63,939 nucleotides of DNA, filler included, from Octopus bimaculoides (GCF_001194135.2; 6 parts of 6 records of this genome joined end to end with filler, not necessarily neighbours in it); one strand, 5' to 3'; numbered from the whole stretch's first letter, positions 41,038 to 53,852 are shown. Translations and numbers: made by a program. The notes: generated from the letters alone by a model not told the origin.

Positions 41038-41509
41038 TTCCAGAGACAAGATTAGTCATTACTTATATACAATAACACCAGTCCCTCTTCTAAAAAGTCC
41101 CTATATGCTTCTCAAATCTTTATAAGTTTGAAGTAACGGTTAAACAAACCTTCGCTGACGAGGTCCAATAAAATCGAAATATGTCTTGTGTTGTCTCAGT
41201 AATGTACATTACTCAGTAATGTACATCAAACACATCAACCATTGTATTATATATTAATTCATGAAAATTTATTATTGTCTTACTACATCAAAGGGGATAT
41301 TACTGACTTTACTTTTGTATTTACATGTAGCAGGCGTCCATTGGTATTTTAGCCACCGTGTCGTTTTCCATCGATTAGTAGGATAAGATGTGTCTGAAGA
41401 GAAAATTCATATATTTGTGATGTCTTAATCATATGTACATATGCTCCAGTATAGCCACAGCTTTGAAGCTGAAGCAATTTAAAGATTTTTAAGATTTGCA
41501 TACATATAA

Positions 41510-41641
41510 ATTCTTTTACTTGTTTCAGTCATTTGAATGCAGCCATGCTGGAGTACCACCTTTAGCCAAGCAAATCCACGTAAACATACCAACATCGGTG
41601 TCAAGCGATGGTGGGTGGGGGGAACAAACACAGACGCACAA

Positions 41642-41696
<55 letters not shown>

Positions 41697-41840
41697 CGAC
41701 GAGCTTCTTTCAGTTTCTGTCTACCAAATCCACTCACAAGGCTTTGGTCGTCCCAAGGGTGTAATAGAAAACACTAGCCCAAGGTGCCAGGCAGTCAGGC
41801 AGTGTGACTGAACCCCAAACCACTTGGTTGGGAAGCAAGC
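41510..41840 (-). mobile_element. SINE family 1
   Basis: Reverse complement of the 3273-3685 family; head runs into a gap. Confidence 0.8.
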
Positions 41841-42690
41841 NNNNNNNNNNNNNNNNNNNNNNNNNNNNNNNNNNNNNNNNNNNNNNNNNNNNNNNNNNNN
41901 NNNNNNNNNNNNNNNNNNNNNNNNNNNNNNNNNNNNNNNNNNNNNNNNNNNNNNNNNNNNNNNNNNNNNNNNNNNNNNNNNNNNNNNNNNNNNNNNNNNN
42001 NNNNNNNNNNNNNNNNNNNNNNNNNNNNNNNNNNNNNNNNNNNNNNNNNNNNNNNNNNNNNNNNNNNNNNNNNNNNNNNNNNNNNNNNNNNNNNNNNNNN
42101 NNNNNNNNNNNNNNNNNNNNNNNNNNNNNNNNNNNNNNNNNNNNNNNNNNNNNNNNNNNNNNNNNNNNNNNNNNNNNNNNNNNNNNNNNNNNNNNNNNNN
42201 NNNNNNNNNNNNNNNNNNNNNNNNNNNNNNNNNNNNNNNNNNNNNNNNNNNNNNNNNNNNNNNNNNNNNNNNNNNNNNNNNNNNNNNNNNNNNNNNNNNN
42301 NNNNNNNNNNNNNNNNNNNNNNNNNNNNNNNNNNNNNNNNNNNNNNNNNNNNNNNNNNNNNNNNNNNNNNNNNNNNNNNNNNNNNNNNNNNNNNNNNNNN
42401 NNNNNNNNNNNNNNNNNNNNNNNNNNNNNNNNNNNNNNNNNNNNNNNNNNNNNNNNNNNNNNNNNNNNNNNNNNNNNNNNNNNNNNNNNNNNNNNNNNNN
42501 NNNNNNNNNNNNNNNNNNNNNNNNNNNNNNNNNNNNNNNNNNNNNNNNNNNNNNNNNNNNNNNNNTATATATATATATATATATACATACATATGCATGC
42601 TTATATGCGTGTGAGAGTGTGCGTGTGTATGTGTCTGTGTTTGTTTGCTTGTGTGTATGTGTGCTTGTTTGTGTGTGTGTGTGTCTGTGT

Positions 42691-42731
<41 letters not shown>

Positions 42732-42820
42732 TAGTATCATGACTGAAAATGTCTTTCATAATAACACATAATCGTACATAACTGAGGCAGTCTGTCAATT
42801 GACAGAGGAAAAAGACGCCA

Positions 42821-42878
<58 letters not shown>

Positions 42879-43239
42879 GTAATATTAATTATTATCATTA
42901 TTATTATTATTTAATATCAAAGTTAAACATTTTAGTTATACTTGAGTTGTTTAGTGTTATAAAAACTAAAGAGGCTCTGAATGTACTTAGGCAGGGCTGT
43001 CATTTCCTGAACATTGGCGGTTTAAATAATACGAAATAACACGAAAAATGACAAACAATTTTCAAATAGCTTTAAAAATAGAATTAAAATATTGATACCA
43101 TTAGAAGATATAACATCCGATATGAGAAATAAATTTGAATAGAATTGTTTAATTATTAATTAATTAAAAGATACTTAAAAGAAATTAAAGCAAAAGATTT
43201 CAGTAAGTTAGAATGGAATAAAATATTGATATTATTAGA

Positions 43240-45050
43240 GGTAGAACATTTCGTCTGCCGCTACGTTCTGAGTTCAAATTCCGCCGAGGCCGACGTTGCC
43301 TTTCGTCCATGGGGATCGATAAAATGAGTTTCAGTTGAGATGTAATCGACTATTCCTCTTCCGCAAATTACAGGCTTCGTGCCTATAATAGAAAGGATTA
43401 TTAGAGGTAGAAGACGACGAGCCGGTTGAAAAGTTAGCTTGCCGAACGAAATACTTATCGGCGTTTCATCCGCCTTTACGTTCTGAGTTCAAATTCTGCC
43501 GTGGTCGACTTTGCCCGTCATCCTTTCTTTGTCGGTAAAAAAAGAGGTATCGACTTGCACCTTCCCTAAAATTACTGGCCTCGTACCAGTTGTTTAAACC
43601 ATTATCGGATGAGGAAGGCAGCGAGCAGCCGGAGTTGGAGGAAATGCTTAGCGACATTTCTGCCGGCTTCATAATTGCTGGCTTTGTGCAAAATAAAAAT
43701 TGAAACCAAAGGAAGTAAGCTTGCAGACCCGATAGAGTGTTGAACAAAATGCCTTAGTTCTTCCTGCTTTAAGTACTGAATTCAAATTCCACCGAGGTCG
43801 ACTTTGCATTTCATTTTTTATGAGTCGATAAAATATGTACCAGGTGAGTACTGGGGTCGGTGCAATCGCCTTACCCTCCTCCCTAAAAGATATTATGAGA
43901 AGGCGGAGAATTGGCAAAAGGGTCACCACCCCCAACGAAATGCTTAGCTGCTCTTTTCGTTCTGAGTTCAAATTGTGCCACGTTGCTTTTTACCGTGTTT
44001 CGGATTCGATAAAATAAATATCGATGTAAGCGACTTTCTTTTTGCCTCAAATTTGCTGGCCTTCTGCCAGAATGAGAAATATGTTTTAGAGGAACCAGGG
44101 CTAATATCAAACTTTATTCTCTCATAAAACTGCTAGGCTAAATAATACGTGATGTTCGCGGTTGGAGTGATTTTGATCATAAGCACATTGGATCGAGAGT
44201 TCTACATAATAGCTTCAAATTTTGCAGTAATGGTAGCATTTTTAGGATTAGGGGTAAGTCGATTACATCGACCCCAGTGTTCAGCTGGTACTTGTTTTTT
44301 CGACCCAGGTAGGATGAAAAACATAGTCGATCTCGGTGGAATTTGAACCCAGAATATAAACACAGACGAGATTCCGTTAAGTATTTTGTCCGGCGTGCTA
44401 ACGATTGTACTTAGTCGCCGCCTTCACAGATGTCTCTATAATGAAATGAGAGTTCAGAGTCAAACTATGATTCCTGATGAAACTACTAATTCGAGTAACG
44501 GTTCTTTAGAAACCGGAAAGGTACATTGGATAATGTATTATTGAATTTACATCGTCATGGTTATACCTGTAAAGTCTTGGAATACAGATCTACTGGATCT
44601 GACGTTGAAGAATTGCATGAACAATAACGGTTTCAATTTTTTTCTTCTCAAAGCTACCAATTTCGGTGGGGGTGGGGATGATAGTCGGTTACTTCGATCT
44701 CCAGTGCTCAACTGCTACTTCTTCTATCGATCCCGAAGGGATGAAGGGCATAGTCGACTTCGGAGAACTTGAATTCAGAACGTAAAGCCGGAATGCCGCT
44801 AAGTATTATGTCTGGTGTATTAACGATTGTGCCAGCTCTCCGCCTTATGCAACTACAGCTGGAATAATTGTTTCTAAGACAGAGACAAGACCTGGAATTA
44901 AGAGAAGAGGGATTTAGTTGATTATATGGACTCTTCTACTTGATTGGTACTTTATTTTATTGAGCTTTAAAGGATGAAGTGTAAAGCTGACCTCAGCGGA
45001 ATTTGAGCTCTGAAAGGAGGGCCGGTAGATCTTTTTCTGACGTTCTGCCA
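43240..45050. mobile_element. Cluster of about eight degenerate copies of tRNA-derived SINE family 2 (five on plus, then three on minus)
   Basis: Recurrent TTCTGAGTTCAAATTC(C/T)GCCGAGGTCGACTTTGCC..TCATCC..GTCGATAAAA module on plus at about 43260, 43480, 43770, 43960 (partial copy at 43610) and reverse complement at about 44300, 44730, 44970. Confidence 0.8.
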
Positions 45051-45328
45051 ACCCTTCATCCTAACAAAACATAGAGTAGCAAAAACAACAACAACAACAA
45101 CGACGACAGCGGAGGATTGCAACGAGAAATATTGGAAACTGACAGGAAGCGAAGAAGGAAAGAAAGTTATGATGGCGGATAGATAGCAAGATACAGTAAA
45201 AAATGAACTGTCAGAAAATACAAACAAACAACCACACATGCTTCCAGAATATTCAATGATAAATACACTAAGTCAAAATTAGAAATGTATGCCTGTACTT
45301 GACCTACATATATATATATACATATATG

Positions 45329-45395
<67 letters not shown>

Positions 45396-45866
45396 ATGTA
45401 TATCTATCATAATATATATTGTATATGCGCACGCATAACAAAAAGAAAATCCCGCCATTGATTACTTTTACGGAGTTTGATATATATTGTGAATAATGAT
45501 TTCGAAGTTTCACTAAGACAGGTTTATTGAAGCTGTTTCATTTATAGAAAACATTATCGAAAATTATCTGTCTGTCTGTCTGTCTGTATGTCTGTTTGTC
45601 TATCTATCTATCTATCTATCTATTCCTCCATAGCCCTCTGTCTTCATTTCTCAACAACCAAATCGCAGTTGTTGCGATGAAAATTTTGACGCCAAATAAG
45701 TGAAGAATTCTGGGGGCTTTTAAATGGGTGGCATGTCTTTCATTCTGTAATGCTGTAATTGTTTTATTTTCAAAACATAGTCTTAAATCAAAATCACTTC
45801 GAAATACGCTCGCACACAGACACACACACACACACGTGTATTTCAAATATATATGAACGTGTATGT

Positions 45867-45931
<65 letters not shown>

Positions 45932-47174
45932 NNNNNNNNNNNNNNNNNNNNNNNNNNNNNNNNNNNNNNNNNNNNTTAATTAATTAANNNNNNNNNNNNN
46001 NNNNNNNNNNNNNNNNNNNNNNNNNNNNNNNTTCATACTCGGTCATAATGTCTTACGTTTAAGATGATTCCCATGCATTCCCTGAAGAGAAGGTTACAAT
46101 TTTAATATCACAGATCCCTATGGATCACATAGGTTGTAATCCTTTGAAACATATGTAGGAATAAAGTATGCAATTATAACATGCGTTTTCTCCATTCCTT
46201 AAATTTTTAAATATACTCAAATACCCTAAATTTCAAGGAGTTCCTGCCTTAAAAACAGGAACTACAACACAGTTATTTTGTGTTCTTTGCTACATTGGTT
46301 TCTATTAACCCATTTATTCTATCCGAAGAATTTTTTATTCATTAAGATAGAAGAAATACATATAATTAAATATATATATATATATATGTACGTATGCATA
46401 TATATGTGTGTATGTATGTATGTGCATATATAAACACACACACTAGTATGTTAAAACATGCATGCATGCATATAAGCATTTACGTATGTCTGTCTCTATG
46501 TATGCTTGTATATATGTATGTATGCATGTGTGTATGTATGTATGTATGTATGTACGTATCTAAGCATGTATGTATCCATTTGTATATGTATGTATATGAA
46601 ATATAGAAATTCGTGTGGGTAGCTCTTGTTAATGTGATTATAATTTCTCTGATTATCAATTTTATCTTTTTGATGAAATATTTTTTCTTTCTACTCCTTT
46701 TTTTTTCCTTTTTCGTATTTGTGTCTCTACTACCTTTCAATCTGTTTGATCTCTGACCAAAAAAGGAAATCGTATACTGCTATGAAATGAAATTGCAATA
46801 ATTGATAGAGAACCACAGTAGAAACTTAGAAATATCAAAGTAGTACATACAGAGAGTTTTCTGGTAAAAAAAATTATAAAGTAAAGCTAATAATAAATAA
46901 ATAAATACACAAAACCGAATCAGTACGTAGAGAGCTGACATCAGGTATACATGCATGCTTTCAATGAAAAAAATATGTTAAAAGTAACGTACATGTGGAG
47001 TGTGTAATGTAAAATATGGCAGTGGCGTATTGGATGAGATTGTTATGGGTTTCAATTCAAAATTTCTAAGTTAAAATATGTGCGTTTGAAGGTATATGAC
47101 ACTTGAGATCGCTTATTGTGATATGATATAGATTTTTGCCTGAAATCATACCAACCAAATTGTTGACTTTTTAT

Positions 47175-47400
47175 CGTCCTCTTGTTTCATTCATTTCACT
47201 GAGGCCATGCTGGGGCATAGGACTGAAGGGTTTTATTCGAAATACACTCGAAAATTATTTTTTGAAGTCATTTTTGTTCACTAGCTTTTCTACCGCTCTA
47301 TTTTTCAGGACCTATGGGTTACGTGAGCGTAACAAGCCAACAACGACTGTCCAGCGATGTGGGGAAGCAAATACAGACACAAAGACACACAAGTATACTC
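47175..47400 (-). mobile_element. SINE family 1, degenerate 3' half
   Basis: CATTTCACTGAGGCCATGCTGGGGCA...AAGCAAATACAGACACAAAGACACAC. Confidence 0.6.
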
Positions 47401-47867
47401 ATACACTCATACGCATGTACGTCTTTAAGTATGTTTGTGTGTAGCAATAATTTGATACTATTCCAATTCACATTTTCGAGTAGACACTTTGTAGAACGCT
47501 GTTTGAAACCCATCCTCAGTATTCATCTACCTGATGTCAACAACAGTTTTGAGGTATATGTTAGGAAAATGTTAGAAAATTTTGAGTATAATATTGTTTT
47601 GGGAGAAATAACCGGTTCCGTATTTTCTTTTCAAATTTCTCTACCTGTATCGTATCATGTCTTCGCTATGGTGTAAAATATGGAGTCCTAGAAAGGGGAA
47701 GGTAATCAGGGACTTTTTCCTGTATAAGGCAGATAATCAAAAATGTTGGGGGATGACTAGGTTTGATTAATTTAACATGATTTGGTTTAGAAGGAATAGA
47801 ATGTTACAAGTGGTTAGGTTTTGCTTTATACTTTTCTCAATGAGGTGAGTTTCCTTATTTAAAAATA

Positions 47868-48340
47868 TTAGAAATGGTTAAGTTTTGGCTTATATTTTTC
47901 AATGAAGAAGGTTTCCTTGCTCAATCTAATTTGTGTTGGTGTTCCAGTGGCACATTGATAGAATGGAAAAATTATAAATTGTGGTAGCATTTGTTTTGCG
48001 CATTTCTCAATATGTTCGCTAAAGGGTATCATTCTGTATTCTGGTAATACAATCTGCTGTCAATGCAGAGTGCATTTGCGTCTGAGCGATAATCCCGTGG
48101 ACCCTATGTACTTTTGGTGGCAGCCCGAGCATCTTATGACATAAATAAGGTTTTCTGAAGCACAAGTAAAGTCAGGTTTGATTTTGAATTTTTGTCCCTC
48201 TTTGAAAAGGAATTCTGATCCTTCTAGGAGGTTTGGGCATGTTGCGCAATTTGGTCGACCACATTTTTTCACTTTTGCATGTTATTTTGGAAAATAATTT
48301 TACCTTTGTGAGGATCTTTTTTAGTGATTTCGGTTGTTTG
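47868..48340 (-). mobile_element. Penelope-like element, GIY-YIG endonuclease C-terminal fragment (degenerate)
   Basis: KQPKSLKKILTK, then KKCGRPNCATCP...FTCASENLIYVIRCSGCHQKYIGSTGLSLRRKCTLH*QQIVLPEYRMIPFSEHIEKC...FIIFPFYQC...RLSKETFFIEKYKPKLNHF*. Cys-rich linker plus LIY...YIG motif is typical of PLE endonucleases. Confidence 0.85.
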
Positions 48341-49029
48341 TTCAAAATCAAATCTGACTTTACTTGTGCTTCAGAAAACCTTCTCTTACGGGTAGATTTT
48401 CGGATAAATATTAATTAGCTTTATTTACGACATCATAAGTAGTATCCTTTTTCTGGACTTACTGGCGAATCCTGTTTTATTTAAGTATTAGTTTTATTTT
48501 CTTATTATCTATACACCGTGGTACCCCTAAAACAAGATTAACCCACCAATTACTTTTCTATTTTATTTGCTAGTTTGTTCATTTGCTCATCGACTTCAAG
48601 CTTTACACAGCAAAATGGTATCATTCCAATTTATTAAACCTTCTTTCCTCATCTCGAGGCCCTGTTCTTTCCTCTCCTCTCTTCTCTTATTTTATGCATT
48701 TTTATTGGACCGCTTTGACCTAAAACAATGATGTGGAAGAATAGTCGCAGACTTTTTAAATAGAATGTGACTGAATGTATGGATAGGAGAGTGAGTGTGT
48801 TTGTAAGGGTGTGAGTGGACGTGGGAGTGTATTAGTGTATGGTGAATGAGTAGTGAGTGCGTGAATAAGGGTGTAATTGAGACTGACGTAGAGAAAGAGT
48901 GCGGCAGTGAGAGTTTGTGTGAGAGCGTGATGAAATGTATGAGTGACTCAATGACAGAGTGAGTGGTTATGGGGGGGGGGCAGTGAGCGAATACGTGTAT
49001 GAGTGAGTGAATAAGTGAATAAATAGGTG

Positions 49030-50048
49030 GATTAATGGGTCATTGAATGAGCGAATGAACAAATGAGTGAGTGAATGTGTGAGTAAGTGAATAGGTGAGT
49101 GAGTAAAAGAACGGATGATTGAATATGTGAGTGAGTGAGTGAGTGAGTGAGTAAATGATTGAGTGAGTGAGTGAGTGAGTGAATGAGTGAGTGAGTGAGT
49201 GAGTGAGTGAGTGAGTGGAAAAGTGTGTGAGTGAGTGAATGAGTCAGTGGGAAAAAGAGTGAGTGAGTGAGTGAGTGAGTTAACGTGAGCTTCATTGAAT
49301 GAATGAGTGAGAGAGCATATTTGGTAAAAAGGGTAAAAGTGATAGGGAAAATGTAAGAGAAATAAAAAAAGACGAATGTTTGAAGAACAAAGAAAATCAG
49401 AGCGGGAAGGGAAGGAGGGAAGGAGGTAATGACGGTGGGTATCAAGAGGAATCGGTCGTGGATAGTAGGGGTTGAAGAGGTGGGTAGTAGGGAGGGTGAC
49501 GGCAGCAGTTCAGGAAAAAGGGCTGGTGGAGGGAGAGAGAGAAGCAAGAAAGAGAGAAGAAGGAAGAGGAAGGGGAAAGGAGGGAAATAAATAAAAGACA
49601 AAGGGAACGGGAGGAGCAGGGAAGAAGAAGAAGAAGAAGAAGAAGANNNNNNNNNNNNNNNNNNNNNNNNNNNNNNNNNNNNNNNNNNNNNNNNNNNNNN
49701 NNNNNNNNNNNNNNNNNNNNNNNNNNNNNNNNNNNNNNNNNNNNNNNNNNNNNNNNNNNNNNNNNNNNNNNNNNNNNNNNNNNNNNNNNNNNNNNNNNNN
49801 NNNNNNNNNNNNNNNNNNNNNNNNNNNNNNNNNNNNNNNNNNNNNNNNNNNNNNNNNNNNNNNNNNNNNNNNNNNNNNNNNNNNNNNNNNNNNNNNNNNN
49901 NNNNNNNNNNNNNNNNNNNNNNNNNNNNNNNNNNNNNNNNNNNNNNNNNNNNNNNNNNNNNNGAAGAAGAAGAAGAAGAAGAAGAAGAAGAAGAAGAAGA
50001 AGAAGAAGAAGAAGAAGAAGAAGAAGAAGAAGAAGAAGAAGAAGAAGA
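49030..50048. repeat. (GAGT)n tract followed by a gap-spanning (GAA)n tract
   Basis: Direct inspection; source of the poly-Ser pseudo-ORF. Confidence 0.9.
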
Positions 50049-50556
50049 CATTGATATTGTTGTCTATGTCAGAGGACAGTTCTCATTAATTACATTTGTG
50101 ATCAGAGTTATTCAAGTCGTGACCGTCACGTCTTTTTAGAATATGCAGAACGACTACATTTATCTAATGTGAGCTTTTGTCACTTAGTAAGAGTGCAATC
50201 TATAAGAGATCTGACTGTTATTTCAAGCAGTTCCGACCTGTGAAATACAGTAAGAGAGAGAGGGGGGGAAGGAGAGAGAGACTGACAGATTGACAAACAG
50301 AGCGAGGGGGTTATTGAGTTATTCACTCGCAAAGATGGCGGCAGACATGGATGAGTCTGTGGGAGGAAAATTTGAGATGTGATTGATTAAAAGAGCAAGC
50401 AAATACAGAAGATGAATTTCGTGTGTTTGAATGTATTTAGAAGAGTGAAATTGCCGTATTCAAGGAGAAAGAAACAGAAGATCCAAGCCACCTCAGACAC
50501 ACTGAAGACACCCAGCAACGCATACTGTGTCACATCGCTTAGACATAACGACGTGC

Positions 50557-50613
50557 ATGATCAGCGTAGTGGGAGGTAGAGTCGTGAATGTTCATAGAGT
50601 TGTTGACCCAGAG
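50557..50613 (+). CDS. Candidate first coding segment (phase 0 end) for the plus-strand exon chain
   Basis: ATG with an upstream in-frame stop, MISVVGGRVVNVHRVVDPE, donor GAG|GTAAAT. Link to 60165 is speculative. Confidence 0.25.
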
Positions 50614-51872
50614 GTAAATACGGCAGCTGCTAATGCAACATAACAATGAGTGTCGTCTGCCTGTAAGACGCAGACTTCCGAGTAAAATTATTCTAGTCTT
50701 ACGGCTGAGTAAATTAAAATTTTATAGATGTAGTTGTTGTTATTGGTGTGGTTATTGTAGCTTTTGGCGTTGCAGCTATTGTTGTTGTTTTTCTTGTTGT
50801 TGTTGTTGCTATTGTTCATATTACGTCATATCTGAAAAAGTAATTAAATTCTATTGATTACTGTTAAACTATATCGAAAGAGATTTCGAGTTTCAGATGT
50901 AAGCAAATTTCATTTTCTAGGTGAATGCTGACCTATGTTTGCGTGCGATGTGTGAGTATATGCGTGTGAGTATATGCTGTGAGTATACGCGTGTGTGTAT
51001 GTGCGAATATATATATATATATATATATACATTTCATTAGAAATGCAGAGACGCCTATAATAGGACATCTACTCGCTAGAAATAGCAGCAAAAATACTAC
51101 ATACCACAAAAGTTAGGGATAATTTCGAAAGGAAATGAAAAATAAAAACTTTTACCAATCTATATTTACCAATCTGCATTTCTAATGAATAATACATAGT
51201 CTATTGACTGTTTTTACTCTCGCTAGGCCACTGGTGGTAAATAAAATTTCTAAAATTTTCTTTGCCACCCTATAATTTATTAATATATATNNNNNNNNNN
51301 NNNNNNNNNNNNNNNNNNNNNNNNNNNNNNNNNNNNNNNNNNNNNNNNNNNNNNNNNNNNNNNNNNNNNNNNNNNNNNNNNNNNNNNNNNNNNNNNNNNN
51401 NNNNNNNNNNNNNNNNNNNNNNNNNNNNNNNNNNNNNNNNNNNNNNNNNNNNNNNNNNNNNNNNNNNNNNNNNNNNNNNNNNNNNNNNNNNNNNNNNNNN
51501 NNNNNNNNNNNNNNNNNNNNNNNNNNNNNNNNNNNNTATATGCATACATATAGATGTGTATATGTATATACATATATATATGTATATATATATATATATA
51601 TGCGTATATGTATATGTATATATATATGTATATATATATATATGTATGTATGTATGTATGCCTATATAAGCATGTATATACATACGAGAATATATACACA
51701 TGTATGTATAGATAGATTGACAAACAGATAGGCAGACAGATGTGTGCGTAGTAGGAACGCAAGTGTCTGTATTTGTATGAATGTCCATGTGGAGAGATTG
51801 GGAGGAGGAGGAGTGAGAGAGAAGCAAAGAGAGAGAGGGAGGGAGACAAAGAGAAAAGAAAGAGAGAGAGAG

Positions 51873-51909
<37 letters not shown>

Positions 51910-52566
51910 GCGTGTGTGTGATTCAGTAATAACATTTATAACTTTCGTCCTCCATATTTTTCGTGTTCCTGTTATACAGTCCTCTGATCAGATTTAGACA
52001 GCTTTATCCTTGTACACGCTTTTCCATAACCTTGCCTTCTGTTTACCACCATTTTAGACGTAATGTATCTAAGACTACTTTAATAGGATAACGTAATCCT
52101 TGCTGGTGTTTTTTTTGTTTTTTTTTGCAATATAGTGGAGGATAAATATTTGGAGGAACTTATAGCAGCTGTTCTTAGTAATTCGCGGAACCCTTAGAGA
52201 TTCTCTCATCTGATAATTTTGCCTCTGATAATATAGCGTCTCGTTTGAAATACTCGTTTGCTTCCATAAGGGGCTGTCCACAATGGAAACACTGATCAAT
52301 TCCTTTCCTTCATTGGTCTCTTTCCCTGGGAATGTCAACAGATACATTAAATAACTAGGAGAAAATTAGTGTTTGGGTTCGAGACGAAATTATAAAAGTT
52401 GCATTTCTGAATCACAACATCTTTTCTTTATAAATAGGTGAACAGGTAGAATCGACGTAGCGTTGTTTGGAATGTACAACGGCATTTGTCCTGACACTTT
52501 GCGCTCTGAGATCAAATTTGGCCTAAATCAGCTTTGCAATACATTTGTTCAGCGCACGCATGCGTG

Positions 52567-52615
<49 letters not shown>

Positions 52616-52707
52616 ATGTGTGCATGCGTTCGGGCGCGCGTACATGTCCATGCAGTTTGCGTGTGTGTGCGTCTGTGTGTCTAAGCGTGCGTGTGCACGT
52701 GTGTTGA

Positions 52708-53090
52708 AGGCGCATGGCTTAATGTTTAGTGCATTTGGCTCACGATTGTAAAGTCATGAGTTTCATTCCCGTTGTATCCCTGTATCCTTGAGCAAGTCAC
52801 TTTATTTCATGTTGTATCCTTGAGCAAGTCACTTTATTTCATGTTGTATCCTTGGGCAAATCACTTTATTTCATGTTGCCCCAGTTCACTCAGCAGGCAA
52901 CAATGAACTCTACATGTAACCCGCAGTGACAATTGAGTTGCATTCTGTGTCACGATGAATCTCCTTGGAAACTAAGTTAAAGGTGCATGTGTCTGTAGTA
53001 AGCTCAGTCTCTTAGACGTTAATCTCACGAGCAGGAAGTTCCATTGGTAGAGTCAACTGGAACACTGGCTGCGGTAACTGATGGAAACCC
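52708..53090 (+). mobile_element. tRNA-derived SINE family 3 with internal 32-bp triplication
   Basis: Head AAGGCGCATGGCTTAATGTTTAGTGC...GAGTTTCATTCCC; core CCTTGAGCAAGTCACTTTATTTCATGTTG; tail homologous to 31385-31545. Confidence 0.7.
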
Positions 53091-53543
53091 AGGCATACAT
53101 TTGCACCTGTGTGTGTGTGTGTGTGTGTTTCAGAAGTTTGTTCCGCAACCACATAGTTTCGTATTCAGCCCCACTGCACAACATCTTGGCGAGTGTCATC
53201 TTCTAGATCCCAGAGCCGAGCAATGCATTGACAATGAATAATAAATAGGATTTATATGGAAGACTGCCGTATAATATACATAAGTGTATGTACAATATAG
53301 TTCTATAGACTTAATGTATCAAAGTCTACATCATTTAATAGGATGACGTAGTCCTTGCTGGTTTTTTTTTGGGGGGGGGGAATATAGTGGAGAATGATTT
53401 GGAGGAACTTATAGCAGCTGTTCCTAGTGATTCGTGCAACCCTTAGAGATTCTCTCATGTGTTAATTTAAGAGATGAGGAATTATGTACATTATTTACAT
53501 TATTTACATTCGACGGATATTTGTCCTCATCTTGTTTGTTGTT

Positions 53544-53589
53544 AACACAACGTTTCGGCTGATATACCCTCCAGCCTTCTTCAGGTGTC
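53544..53589 (-). ncRNA. Minimal hammerhead ribozyme motif, second copy of the same family
   Basis: Same sequence as 1675-1720 except core CTGAAGA; lies in a non-palindromic copy of the repeat spanning about 53466-53612. Confidence 0.6.
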
Positions 53590-53852
53590 TTGGAGAAATT
53601 ACGAACCTCGGCAACACCCTAGTTACTAAGACACGCTCTTCAGTATTATATATAATAAAGGCAGTGAGCTGGTGGAATTGTTACCCCACCGGTCGAAAAT
53701 TCTTAGAAGCACTTCAACTGCTTTTACGTTCCGAGTACAAATTCCGCTCAGCNNNNNNNNNNNNNNNNNNNNNNNNNNNNNNNNNNNNNNNNNNNNTTAA
53801 TTAATTAANNNNNNNNNNNNNNNNNNNNNNNNNNNNNNNNNNNNNNNNNNNN

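Noticed and set aside
46240-46263. 8-bp stem hairpin AGTTCCTG/CAGGAACT as a Helitron end
   Set aside because: No following CTRR terminus or recognisable 5' end.
52781-52876. Regular 32-bp repeats as a CRISPR-like array
   Set aside because: No spacers, eukaryotic context, lies inside a SINE.
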